From positions 2,852,001-2,916,000 of the forward strand of contig JBHGNT010000007.1 in NCBI GenBank assembly GCA_043228905.1: DNA of 64,000 nucleotides. The letters run 5' to 3'. Under the pieces are notes generated by a model. That model was not told the DNA's origin. It was given only the letters and a program-made list of their open reading frames with translations, and did not search any database. How positions within the stretch are numbered: position 1 is the first letter of the stretch; each line of letters opens with the position of its first letter. The translations under genes were made by a program, and so were the position numbers. This DNA is from Azolla caroliniana. Taxonomy: Eukaryota; Plantae; Polypodiophyta. This document shows, piece after piece, positions 1-12,574 of the stretch.

Positions 1-3000
1 CAAGGTAAAGAAAAAACATGCATTTGTATAACAAGATATATACATTTTTTTAAAAGATATACTTGAAACCTTGTCCACTATTATTTATTTGTGTGGGCAA
101 CCATGACCAATTAGCTCTGTCAGCATGCTATCAAAATATAAAAACTACATAATGCTTTATATTCAGACAGTGAAATATGAATAGAAGTGGGACTCCAGTC
201 ACAAGAAAATAAAATCCCTCCGAATACTCCCTACCTTACCTCTACAATTACTTTGGTTCTAATTTTGACGATCATTAATCAATTTTATGACAGAATTCTG
301 TACTTTTTCTACAAATTGCTCTGAGATTAGTTAAACATAAGTCATCTTGCAAGGGACAGCAACTATAGTGTGTAGTATGCTTGAATTTTATTAAGTCTCT
401 CTACCATAATGTCCCAGATATGTTTCCAAATCTCAAGCTTTAATGGTCTTTAGGAAGCAAAGCATCACAAAAACTATTGGAAGCACCTATGACAGTGGGA
501 TATAATGGCCTTTATTTGTTGATGACAAGTGTGTTGAGATTGTGGTCCATGATGTTTGGACCAATGTGCACAACAAATTTCCATTGCCCAATCTATTGTA
601 ACCCCTTTGTCATGTCCTAGTCGGGATCCCATTTGTGTAGCCCTTGATTCACTTGTAGCATGAGCAGGAGTGACGGGGCTAAAGAAAGTTGTTCTTTGTT
701 GATGAGCTGTGTGGCTGTACTGTTTTCCTTCAACAGCTTCTTCTATGTATCTTGAGTTCTAGCACGAAAAGCCCAAGCGTCAATGGTCCTCACTTTCGAT
801 TACCTTGCGTAGAATGTCAACCAAAGGCGTTCTTAAAGATGTAATGGTATCTCCCTCTTTTCATAAAAAACAGTATATTGGCAAACATGGCGTTCTTATA
901 GAGCTATTCAATCTCTGATTGATGTGATAAAGTTCATGGCTGCACAGTGCATAGGATAGTTGTATGTCCGTATAAAGTGGCCTGATGATGAATCCATCCT
1001 CCCATGTGTGTAAAAAGTGTCTTATAGTGGGTCCTTTCCTACCAACTGATGTTTTGGGGCTGATCCATGTTATCATGTTTTCCAAGTTAATAATATTAGT
1101 TTGTTTTCCAAGTTAATGGGGGTAGTGCATTTATGCTATTCCATGTGACTAGAACCATTGTTGCATTTCAGCATGCCAACAATGAACTTCTCCTTGTTCA
1201 GCAAGTTTTTTTATGACAGAACGGCCAACCTTTAGTACTTCCATTTAGGTAGCTCCCAAAGCCGTCGGATACAGGTCACCAATCGGAATAATGGGTCGAG
1301 AATTACTGGGAATGCTCCCACCTCTGCCAGGACTATATCATGGGGTACCGATGCTTTGCTCCTTGTGATGCAGGAAATCACTGAGACCAAAAGTCTCTAA
1401 ATCTTTCCAGTTACTTGCCTTGTTAAGACTCGGTCCCCATGTTTCTACTCCATAGAGAAGAGTTGGTGTTAAAAGTGTATCAAATAGTCACAATTTAGTT
1501 TGTGGCTCTTTGAACACATTTGCAGTTTCAAGAGCACCAAGGGCTGCATATACACAAGAAAGACGTGCATCAAGAGATTACATGTTAAAATGTCGTCTCG
1601 TCTTTGTAAACAACAAACCTAAACTATCACAACCCCTATGCAATGTCCTGGTCGGGAGGCCATTTTTGTAGCCCTTGATTCACTTCCCTGTTATTTTGTT
1701 TTCCAACTTAATACAGTTCGGATCATTCTATTCTTTTCCACTTTGATCATGTTTAGATGGGGAAAATCCAAGCTATATTGGAAGGGGGGTAGTGCATTTA
1801 TGCCATGTGACTTGAACCATTGTTGCATTTCAGCATATCAGCAATGAATATATATGTCCATGTCAGTAAGTTGTTTTGATGACTTAAGTAACAACATTGA
1901 GTACTTTCATTTAAGGAGCTCCTAAAGCAGTTGGATATTGGTCACTGGTCAGAATAATTCCCGGATGATTATTGGGGTTGCTTCCATCTCTAAGATGATC
2001 CTCTCACAGAAGTTGCAGTAATGGGAACTGAGCCCTACTGGACATGCCTTGATAATTTAGTCTATGTATTGCTTGAAACCTAGATTTGGCATTGTCATTT
2101 TCTTGACAAACTAGTGTTATCCTAAATATAAGTCTTTGTTTATCTCTTTTTAATGTAATCAGAAGAACTGGAGGATCGGAACACGCTAAGTATAGTCTCT
2201 GCCAACAAGAAGCATCAGTACGCATCCAAACTTGAAGCCGTGGTAAACATGAAGTTTTCATACATCATTTCTTGTCAGAATTACGGCACACAAAAACGTT
2301 CAGGAGATCAGCATGCAGCTGATATTTTAAGCCTTATGGTGAAGTAAGACATTTGAATATTGTTGTCACTGTTTTAAGTAGATAAGATACTGCAAGTACT
2401 CACCTTTTCACATTTTGTAGGTACCCTTCTTTAAGGGTTGGATATATAGATGAAAGGGAGATAAAAGATAAGGTTACAGAATATTTTTCAGTTCTAGTGA
2501 AAGCTGTGAATGGTTTGGATGAGGTAATCCATTGTTTTTTCTTTGTAGCAGTGATAAAGTGTTTTGTTTTCTGATATTCGGTGATCCGAGAAACTCTCAT
2601 CTTGAACTCACAGTTCATAATATATCTGTATTAGAGCACTGATATTATGGTGGTAATGACTCTCATAAATAGGCTCTCATAATTCAATACCTCCAATGAA
2701 TATGAATGGATGAGAAAGAAAGAAATATTAACGTCTTTTAAGATGCCAAAATGGCCTATAAGACCAAACAAGAGATTGCATCTTAACTGGTGTCTCGTCT
2801 TTGTCAACAACAAATCAAAATAAAATAAATACTACTTAGTAAATCTAAAAGTAAATATAATACAAATGAGACGAAAGAATCTGGTTTTTGGCTCATGTGA
2901 GGTTCTTATGTTAGATATAGTATAACTTCTGGCTTCAGAAGATTTCTAGCATAGGTCGATCAAGAATGGTGAGGTCTCCGAAGCGAGGTAAGCACTTGCG

Positions 3001-6000
3001 ATGGCGGGAGAGAATGGCCTTTATTTGTCGACGACAAGGGTGCTGAGATCGTGGTCCATGGGGCGGGGCCTACGTGCACGACAAATTGCTATTGCCTGAT
3101 CTATTGTAACCCCTTTGTTATGTCCTGGTTGGGAGCCCATTTGTGTATCCCTTGATTGACTTGTAGTATTAGGAGTGATGGGGCTAAAGAAAGTTGTGAT
3201 TGTTCTTTGTGGAGAGCTTGTGTGGTTGTACTATTGTCCTTCAACAACTTTTTCCTATGTCCCTTGAGTTCTAGCAAGAAAAGTCCTAGGCACCGTTGGT
3301 CCTCATATTCCATTATCTTGCATAACGGTCCAAAGCCTTGTTTAAAGAAGCAATGGTATCTCCCCCTCATTTCATAAAAGACACTACAGTGACAAACATA
3401 GTGTTCTTCGGATTCCAGTCCTTGATGACACAATTGGCAAATTCTTTCTTCTAGAGGTATGCGTGTATACCTGCCTACCTCATTCTCTAATTAATATGAT
3501 GAAGGTCACAACTGCCTTATCACACTGCGCAACGTATAGGATAAATGTATATCCATATAAGGTGGCCTGATGATGAATCCATCCTTTGATGTATGTAAAA
3601 AGCGTCTTGTAGTGGGCCATCTTTGTACCAAGTGATATTTTGGGGCTGATCCATGTTATCTTGTTTTCCAAGTTAATAATATCAGTTTGGATCACTCTAT
3701 CCTTTTCCACTTTGGTCATATTTAGATGGGGAGAGTCCAAGCGATATTGGAATGGGGGTAGTGCATTTATATGCATGCCATGTGACTCGAACCATTGCGG
3801 CATTTCAGCATACCAACAATGAACGTCTCCATTTTCAGCTAGTTGTCTTGATGACATAAGTGCCAACCTTGGGTACCTTCGTTTAGGGAGCTCCCAAAGA
3901 CGTTGGATACATGTCACTATTCAAAACAATGCCTTGGTGATTATAGGTGCTGCTCCCATCTCTGCCCAGATTATATCATGGGGCACTGATGCTTTGCTCC
4001 TTATCATGCGGGAATCATTGTCAATAAAGGTCTCTCTAAATCTTTCCAATGATTTGCCTTGTTAAGACTCAGTCCACACATTTCTACTCCATAGAGAAGA
4101 GTTGGTGTGACGAGTGTATCAAATAACCATAGCTTAATTCTTGGCTCTTGGAACTGCAAATGTGCACATTGTCTCTGGAGAGCACCAAGGCTGCATATCC
4201 ACGAGAAAGTCAGGCACAATCAGCCTCCTGTACAGAGAACACAGGCCCTGTAAATGTTACATAGAGAAAAACGGAAATCCTAATTTGTTCCATGATACAG
4301 CTTGAATGGGTATTAATGTGAATATCTGGCTATATCATATTCTTTTGATGGAACTTGTAGATCTTGTTTAATGGATGCATTCACTTTCAAGAAATATCAT
4401 CTTTATAGTAGGTATCTATCTAGTATTAGAATTTCGTTGAATATGGGAATATCACACAATTTTGGGGTTTGTTATTTATATGTAAAACTGTTTGTATGAA
4501 CAAGTGCCACCATTCACCACTTGTTATCCAACAAGAATTTTGGAGGAGATTCAAGCGCAAGCTGCAATGATTAAATAACATACGGTGCTGGGTCAAGAGG
4601 CATAGATGGTGATGTCACAGGTTCCATTTATGTTTGATTGCAAGTGAAACGATATGCTATGGAAGCTCAAGATATCCACCAAATAACCTGATAGTCATGA
4701 TCCCTCCAACCACAGCATATGCAGCTGATTAAGGAAGAATGCAGATGTCGTGCATGCAATTGCGATGGGGACAGCTGATTTAGTATTGATGATAATTTAA
4801 TAATACATGTTGAAAGTGCCCGACGCCTGGAAAAATTTGAGGGAACAAAGTAATATGCAAAAACGAGACCGAGATCTAAACCTGGAGAATCACCTGGTCT
4901 TTGAATGGATGGTAGGAGGGGAGAAGGCAGAGGTATTTATCACACAGAGAAGTTCTGGAGTCCCAACCGAATTGCCATCATCTTCCATGATGTAGAAGCA
5001 TTATTCCAGACAGCAACATAGGAACAGATTCAAACCATGCCATCTGAAATTGTGAGGAGTTTAAAGCATCAACGAAGATGGTGACATCGAAACATAGAGA
5101 AGGATAATGATACCCACAGGTGCCCACGACATCAAGTACTTGCCACCCTTTCAATATTGTATACCTCCCAAATGATGAAAGAAACAAGGTAATGCTGCAG
5201 GATCTATGGCAGATTTATACTCAAAACACTTGATTCAAACTAAGGAGCCAATTCCTCCAAAGATGGCCTACTCCAAAAACCATTTCATAAACATTTTAGA
5301 GGATGAGTTATACAGAGACCAAGGTACATGGATGTCTACATGCCCCACAGTGCTTGCAAAGCAAGGCCAATTCACAGTTTCCTCCTACCATCTAGAGATC
5401 GAGGTAGGACAACATACCTAGAGCTGAGAGATTCTGCAAATGAAGACATGGAAACTTAGGAGCATTTTATACAAAGAAGTACTCTAACCTAGACGCACAT
5501 TCCCGATCAAAAGGAATGTGAGTAAAGGCCTGCTGGACGTCATCCACTCAGATGTATGGGACCCGGCTCAAAACAAGACAATCAGTGGCAAAAATGACCA
5601 CCGTGAGGACGGTAATTGCACTTGCAACAGCAGAAGGGTGGCACTTGCATCAAATGGACGTGAAGAACGCATTCCTCCAAGGCGAGCTTGAGGAGGAAGT
5701 TTACATGATGCAACCACCCAGCTTCGAATGAAGCAAACATCCACATGCAGTTTTCCGATTGAAGACACCGCTCTACGGACTGAAGCAAGCCCCAAGAGCA
5801 TGGCATTCAAAGATCAGGTTGTATCTTCACAACATCGGCTTCCGGATGTCTAAATCTGATAACTCGTTGTATATCCAAACCAATCCCAAAAGCCCCGTCT
5901 TCTTCATCTTGTATGTCGATGACCTTGTCATTGGTGGAGAACGCCTCACTGAGACACAAAAGATTAAAAAGCTACTTTCAAAGAAGTTCGAGATGAAGGA

Positions 6001-9000
6001 CCTGAATGACTTCATTATTTTCTCGGCGTCAAGGTCATTCGAACTCCAGAAGGGTTCCTACTCTCACAACGACACTATGTTTTGAACTTGCTCTACAAGT
6101 CCATGTCGACACCCCATGATTGAAATATGAATCTAAGTGTAGATTCCGGCAAATTCTGCGACCCGACACAGTATCGCCCAATAATCGGGAGTCTTATCTA
6201 CTTAACTATCACCCAACTAGACCTCAACTATCCGGTTGGGCTCCTTGGCAAGTTCATGCAAACCCCCCGCGACACTCACATGGATTGTGCTAAGCGCATG
6301 TTACAATATGTCAGTGGAACACTTGATCAATGGTATCTTCTACAAGCGCAGAGTACCACTTCGACTCGAAGCCTTCACGGATGCTAATTGGGCAACCAAT
6401 GCATCGTACAGGAGATCCAATTTGAGATTAATGTTTTCACTCGGTAGCGGAACGATCTCTTGGAACAGCAAGAGCCAACAATGGCTCTATTAAGCATTAA
6501 GGCGGAGTATAGGGGAGCAACTATAGCTGCGTGCAAAGCTGTATGGCTTAAAAGACTACTTAAAGGCTTCAACAAATTGGTCAACAAGCCAATATTTATC
6601 CACTGTGACAATCTCAGCAACATCCAGCTCGCAAAGAATCTGGTGTTTTGCCCAGACTAAGCACATAGAGGTGCATTATCATTACATTTGTGAGCGCATA
6701 TTGGCCAGAGATATTGACCTTCAATACATCGGCACCAATGAGCAGGTGGCTGATATTTTTACAAAGGCACTAAGTCTCAACAAGCTATGGCAAGTCTCAG
6801 TGGATCTAAGCCCGGTATGCTGAGCTTGGGGAGGAGTACAAGTACAAAGATGAAGGAACACATGAAGATCAACACCACAAAAGAGGAACAGTGAGATTGG
6901 CATTGACAAAGTAAGCTCGGGACATCTAATCTAACTTGACCCAGCAAGTTGGAAGAACACTTTTCGAATCCCGGAATTTTTGTAGTCAAAGATAAGCTTG
7001 ACCATGTCGGCACCCTTGACAAGCCCGAAATTTTGGATCGGCAAGATTAACCTTGCCAAATCAAGATCGAGTACATAGGAGCAACGGGAAAACCACAATC
7101 CAGCAATTTGAGCAATTGCGACCGAGTAACTACACCAAGACAGCCAAGCTTAAGAGGAGACACAATTGACCTTGAAGGGGCGTGATGAGAATCAAGCTCA
7201 ACTCGTGTAAACATGTGCTTATGAAGAAAAGCACAATTTGTGAAAAAGTGCGTGAGCACACTTTATTGTAATCCGTGTAGTTGTCAAGTATAAATGTGGT
7301 TAAAGAATATCAGATATTCTTATGACAAAATCGCACTCAAGTGGATATCTTGATTAGATTCCTCCAACCACATTTAATGTGGCAGGCCCTTCAGGACTTG
7401 TATATAAAACCCCCTTGGCCCATTGTGTTTTGTTGATGACCTTTAGTTTATTAATATAGTTTTCTCTTCACCGCATAAGTTGTCATCCCCCTAATGTCTA
7501 TTTTCTGGTTATTTTCTCTAATTCCTTGTCTTGCTTACACATCCACTCTCACACACGCATTATGCTTCCGCATACCCCAACTCTGTACGAGAATTAGATT
7601 CTTTTCAAAATATTCTCTTGAATTTAAATTGATCTATGTGTGCATTGAAATGAATTATTTTTTGTGGAACCGTACATTAAATATTTACATCATTATAGTC
7701 CCAATTAAACCTATTACATGTTGTTCTATTTTAGGAAATCTACCGAATCAAACTTCCGGGTCCTCCAATCCTTGGAGAAGGCAAACCTGAGAATCAGAAT
7801 CATGCCATTATCTTTACACGTGGTGAAGCATTGCAAGCAATAGACATGAATCAGGTACTCTGATCCTATTCTCCCCCATTCACCCCCAACCTATGTCAAT
7901 TAGGGAACAAAAGGCATGATAATTGGTTGATTGGATTGGGATTGTCCTTTAATATGATACCTTTACCTTTAACATGTTTTGATAGGATAACTACCTGGAG
8001 GAAGCTTTTAAGATGCGCAATCTTCTTCAGCAATTTACTACCAAGCATGGAGCTAGATGTCCCACTATATTAGGCATGAGAGAGAACATTTTTACGGGCA
8101 GGTATACAACATTATTAATGAGTAATCTATACTAGTAGAAGGGAATTTACTATTATTTTTCGATTTTAATTATATGTTATGAGTGTGTCACCATTTATGA
8201 ATTGACATGATTTTTGTGCCATCTATCTGGCATGTGATAGTGTTTCATCATTAGGCCTGTTTATGTCAAGACAGGAGAATACATTTGTCACAATTGGACA
8301 ACGTTTTCTAGCTAATCCATTAAAGTAAGCATTTACCATTCCATAGTTCGTAAGGTATAATCTTGAAAACATTAATTGATTCTATTTGTGTGAGTGTTCT
8401 CTAAAGTAAGATATATGACATTATTTAGAACTCGATTCCACTATGGACACCCAGATGTCTTTGATAGGCTGTTTCACATTACAAGGGGTGGAATATGCAA
8501 AGCCTCAAAAGTTATCAACCTGAGTGAAGATATATTTGCAGGTTATTTCAATATAGATCATTCCTGGTAAACTAAAATGCTGCAAAAACATTTGTAAAAA
8601 AGCTGAAGGGATAGTTAATAGTCATAAACCATTCTCTAAGTCAGAGTTTTGCAACAGGTTTCAATTCCACGTTGCGGGAAGGGAATATCACACATCATGA
8701 ATACATCCAAGTTGGAAAGGGGCGTGATGTGGGGTTGAATCAAATTTCTAAATTTGAAGCAAAGATTGCAAATGGAAATGGAGAGCAAGCAATAAGCAGA
8801 GATATATATCGACTTGGCCATCGCTTTGATTTTTTCCGAATGCTGTCATGTTATTATACAACAGTAGGGCATTATTTCACCTATGTGGTATGTGGTAAAC
8901 GTCTCACATGGATTGTTCACAGATAAAAACAAGATAGACACATGAATCTAGTGAGATGACATTATCTTGACATACTCTAGTACTAATGAAACAATCAGCA

Positions 9001-10842
9001 TGATGTATGTAAATATTTCTGTAAACATCTTGTTTAATAAGCTGTTTTGCCACAGTTGACAAAACTTCTTTCTACTGCAGATAGTTTTGCTCACAGCATA
9101 TTCGTTCCTATACGGGCGGTTGTATCTGGCTCTTAGTGGCGTAGAAACATCTATCGCCAAAGTGGCTGACCTGGAGCACAACTCTCCGTTGGAAGCAGCC
9201 CTAGCCTGTCAATCACTTGTGCAGCTTGGTATACTGATGGCACTTCCAATGGTGGTAGAGATTGGTCTGGAAGGAGGATTCTGGACGGCTGTGACAGACT
9301 TCATTCTCATGGAGCTGCAGTTAGCATCTGTTTTCTTTACCTTCACCTTTGGAACAAAAGCACATTATTTTGGGCGAGCCATATTGCATGGGGGAGCAAA
9401 GTACCAGACAACAGAGCACAGCTTTGTGGTAAAACATGTGAAATTTGCTGAGAATTATAGACTATATTCACGGAGCCATTTTACAAAAGCCTTGGAAATA
9501 TTGATTCTTTTAGTGGTCTATAGTATATATGGAAAGGCAAGCAAGGGTGTGATTCCTTATATTTTGGTTGAATTCTCAATGTGGTTTCTTGTGGTATCAT
9601 GGTTGTTCGCACCTTTCTTTTTCAACCCCTCAGGGTTCGAGTGGCAGAAAATGGTAGAGGATTGGGATGACTGGAATAAATGGATAAAGAGACGAGGGGG
9701 CATTGGTGTGCCAAGCAACAAAAGCTGGGAGTCTTGGTGGAATGAAGAACACAAACATTTACGCCACACAGGCATTCGTGGGTGTTTGTTGGAAGTTCTC
9801 CTTGCAGTTCGGTTCTTACTCTATCAATACGGGCTGGTTTACCAGCTGCATATTGTGAAAGGCAACACAGAATTAAAGGCAAGAATATATAGCTATATGT
9901 GGTCATAATATCTTTGTGCAAAATAACAATGTTGTTCCATTATTTGATGGCTGCAGTATACTGACTCCAGAAAACTTATTATTCAGGTTTATTTATGGTC
10001 ATGGCTTGTTATTGGAGTCATACTTGCTCTGCTGAAGGTAGAAACTTGATGACATATATGCCCTCTTTTTTGAATGTTTAGTCTCAAGCCAGATACAATG
10101 ACATGCTGATCATAGTTTTGTAAGAATGTTTTGTGGGTTTTCACCTCATGAGGTTTTCCACCAGTAATATGATCTAGTGTAAACGTGAACATACCCCTAA
10201 CTTTTGGGATATAACTAGAATACCAGAAAAACCCTTTGCAGTAGGTTTATTCTAGTAATTGCAGATATTTTGGGGCTTTTCCCTATCATGTATTAGAATA
10301 TTTTTATGCTAAACATCCAAAATTTTGTAACTGAAACAGGTTGCATCTGTTATGAGGCAGAGGTTTTCTGCAGACTATCATCTTCTTTTCAGGCTGCTCG
10401 AGGTTTGTTTTAGTGTAGGATGCCTCGTCACTCTTGTTTTAATGTTCGTGGATTTATCCTTCACTATTGGTGATCTCTTTATATGCCTGGTGGTTTTTCT
10501 ACCTACCGGATGGGCATTATTACAGGTGACATTTCTCCCATCATTTGTCACTTTAATGTTTGTTAAGAAACATTGAAGACTGTTATGTGCATATGAAACT
10601 TGCAGATTTCTCACGCTTGCAAACCAGTGGTCGATTATTTTATGTTTTGGGATTGTATAAAGATACTTGCTCGAGCCTATGAACGCATGATTGGGTTACT
10701 GATTTTCACTCCGATTGCGGTGTTGGCATGGTTTCCATTTGTCTCTGAATTTCAGTCTCGACTCTTGTTTAACCAAGCATTCAGTAGAGGGCTTCAGATT
10801 TCTCGGATCTTGGCTGGTGAAAGGAAAGGTTCAGATGACTAA
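1..10842 (+). CDS. Callose synthase (1,3-beta-glucan synthase, GT48; GSL/CalS family), 5'-partial, multi-exon
   Basis: Inferred exons: <1-4, 2163-2343, 2421-2523, 7735-7854, 7986-8101, 8241-8324, 8429-8541, 8658-8887, 9081-9878 (GC donor), 9987-10037, 10340-10525, 10606-10842 (TAA). Phases are consistent. Hallmark peptides: [157 protein letters not shown]. Confidence 0.96.
505..1575 (-). mobile_element. Decayed non-LTR retrotransposon (LINE family C, RTE/RTEX-like) 3' fragment in CalS intron
   Basis: Co-linear with 3015-4260, including the shared end aatggcctttatttgt. Minus strand reads [20 protein letters not shown]. Contains frameshifts and stops. Confidence 0.75.
1640..2005 (-). mobile_element. 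Internally deleted copy of LINE family C
   Basis: Matches the 3120-3160 and 3660-3960 segments of the 3015-4260 copy (e.g. ggggtagtgcatttatgccatgtgacttgaaccattgttgcatttcagcata). Confidence 0.7.
3015..4260 (-). mobile_element. Decayed LINE family C ORF2 C-terminus (RTE/RTEX-like)
   Basis: Broken ORFs [43 protein letters not shown] and [24 protein letters not shown] (C-terminal Zn-finger-like motif typical of non-LTR ORF2). Confidence 0.8.
4970..5480 (+). mobile_element. Older LINE fragment related to family C, opposite orientation
   Basis: Reads [11 protein letters not shown] and [16 protein letters not shown], matching the LPPFQY and SSHxLxIExG motifs of such LINE C-termini. Confidence 0.55.
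5490..7606 (+). mobile_element. Ty1/Copia LTR retrotransposon remnant: integrase start, RT, RNase H, PPT and probable 3' LTR
   Basis: [10 protein letters not shown] (integrase N-part) is joined directly to [23 protein letters not shown]. Also [54 protein letters not shown]. Purine tract gaaggggcg precedes TG at 7183. The right end is approximate. Confidence 0.88.
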
Positions 10843-10890
10843 TCATCTTGGTAATCTTATTCCCCACATGAATAAGACAAATTCCCCAAT

Positions 10891-11110
10891 ACCAGTGGTC
10901 AAATATTTTATGTTTTGGGATTGTATAAAGACACTTGCTCAAGGTTATGAATACATGATGGGGTTACAGATTTTCACTCCAATTGAAGTGTTGGCATGTT
11001 TTCCATTTGTCTCTGAATTTCAGTCCTTGACTCTTGTTTAACCAAGAGGATCTTGGCTGGCGAAAGGAGAGGCTCAGATGACTTGGTAATCTTATTCCAC
11101 ATGAATAAGA
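10891..11110 (+). pseudogene. Degenerate tandem duplicate of the CalS terminal exon and start of its 3' UTR
   Basis: Near-copy of 10623-10880 (accagtggtc...ttttatgttttgggattgtataaag...catgaataagac), with a frameshift and a deletion across the AFSRGLQIS codons. Confidence 0.9.
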
Positions 11111-12382
11111 CGAAGTTAATGCCTCATTGTAATATCATGTCAATACATATCTAGCATTCACATTGTACATTACATAAAAAGCTGCCCTTGACATTCAGAA
11201 TTTAATTAAGATGTTCCTTTCATTTCAGAAGGTTCTTGATATGTTCTTTCCTTATTTGCTTCTTACATTTCACTGTCTTATTCTTGATTAGCAATATTAA
11301 GGACATCTCCCTTTTTCTGAATCATGAGGGTGTGTGGGAGGCTTATGATGAACAAGATGTCATTGTTCTCAATCATAAATGCAACAAACCAATTTAAGAA
11401 CACACACCTAATTGCACACACACACACGTACATATACCTAAAACACATGTGCATATGAAAACAAACATGTATGTGCACATAAAAATAATCGAATAATTAC
11501 ACACAAATGCATGTTACCCCTTTAAATGTGAATGTTACCCCTATGCTCTTATACAAGCTAAAATATTTACACATCTATTAGCATGAACAAAGTCAATTTA
11601 ATACAAGTACACAAATACATGTGCACACTCACTTATTCTGGAAGGACATTTGCACATGTATATGAACATGTGAGTCATCTACGCATGTACAGAATGGTAT
11701 ATATACCCAAGATCATGCAGCACACCCATCTGCCAACCTACCTCCTCCACTCCAACAAACGCTACAAAGCCAACAACTTCACTACTATCTTCCTTGGTCC
11801 AATACCTCGTGGTCCCTTGCACATCTTTTATGCCCTCTTGTCAGTTTCACGATACCATCCTTGAGGGACATGTTATAGACTATTTGCCAATATGAGGTAC
11901 ATTAACTTACTGCTGTAGCATTTCCCTCTTTATTTAGCATTACAACCATCATCTATAGAATAAAGATTTATTCCTCTTGGTAAGAATTCTAAATGATCAC
12001 ATAAGAGTGTTGTCATAGCTATGATATCATTAGATCTTATTTGTAAGATTTCAGGCTTTAACACTTATGTTCAAAACATTGCCTACATGGAACTACAGCT
12101 ATTAGATTCAAAAATGTATCATGAAATGATGACCTATAAGTACAAATCATCATAATTACCTATGTACATGTGTGTATTTACGTACATGGGCGTGAATTGA
12201 TAAGCATAGATACGCATGTACTAATAATGCCTTAGAGAATAACCTCAAAAAATCCAGGTATAGTACATCAAATGTTTTGATAATTCTTGCTAATTAAGAG
12301 GTAGAAAAACCATCACCATAGAGTAAGGTGCAATGTGTTCTCGTATACAGTTTAAGTAGACATTTGTACATAATACATAGGT

Positions 12383-12409
12383 GGGGGGGGGGGGGGGGGG
12401 GGGGGGGGG
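12383..12409. repeat. Poly(G) homopolymer, about 27 nt
   Basis: Directly visible run, downstream of the sucrose transporter stop codon. Confidence 0.9.
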
Positions 12410-12574
12410 ATCGAGTATAACCCTTTCATGTCAGATTTAGGAATGGTTTAAACACAGCAATATGTCAAAGAAAAGGAAGCACTGCCAAAGTGATGTACGT
12501 AATACAAGGAGAAGAAATTGTGTTTGAATCTCTCATGGCAGACTAGGGGAATAGTTAGCGGTGTGCAGAACAAA

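Noticed and set aside
8075-8101. RENIFTGS instead of REHIFTGS in CalS
   Set aside because: This position is known to vary among plant GSLs, so it is not informative alone.
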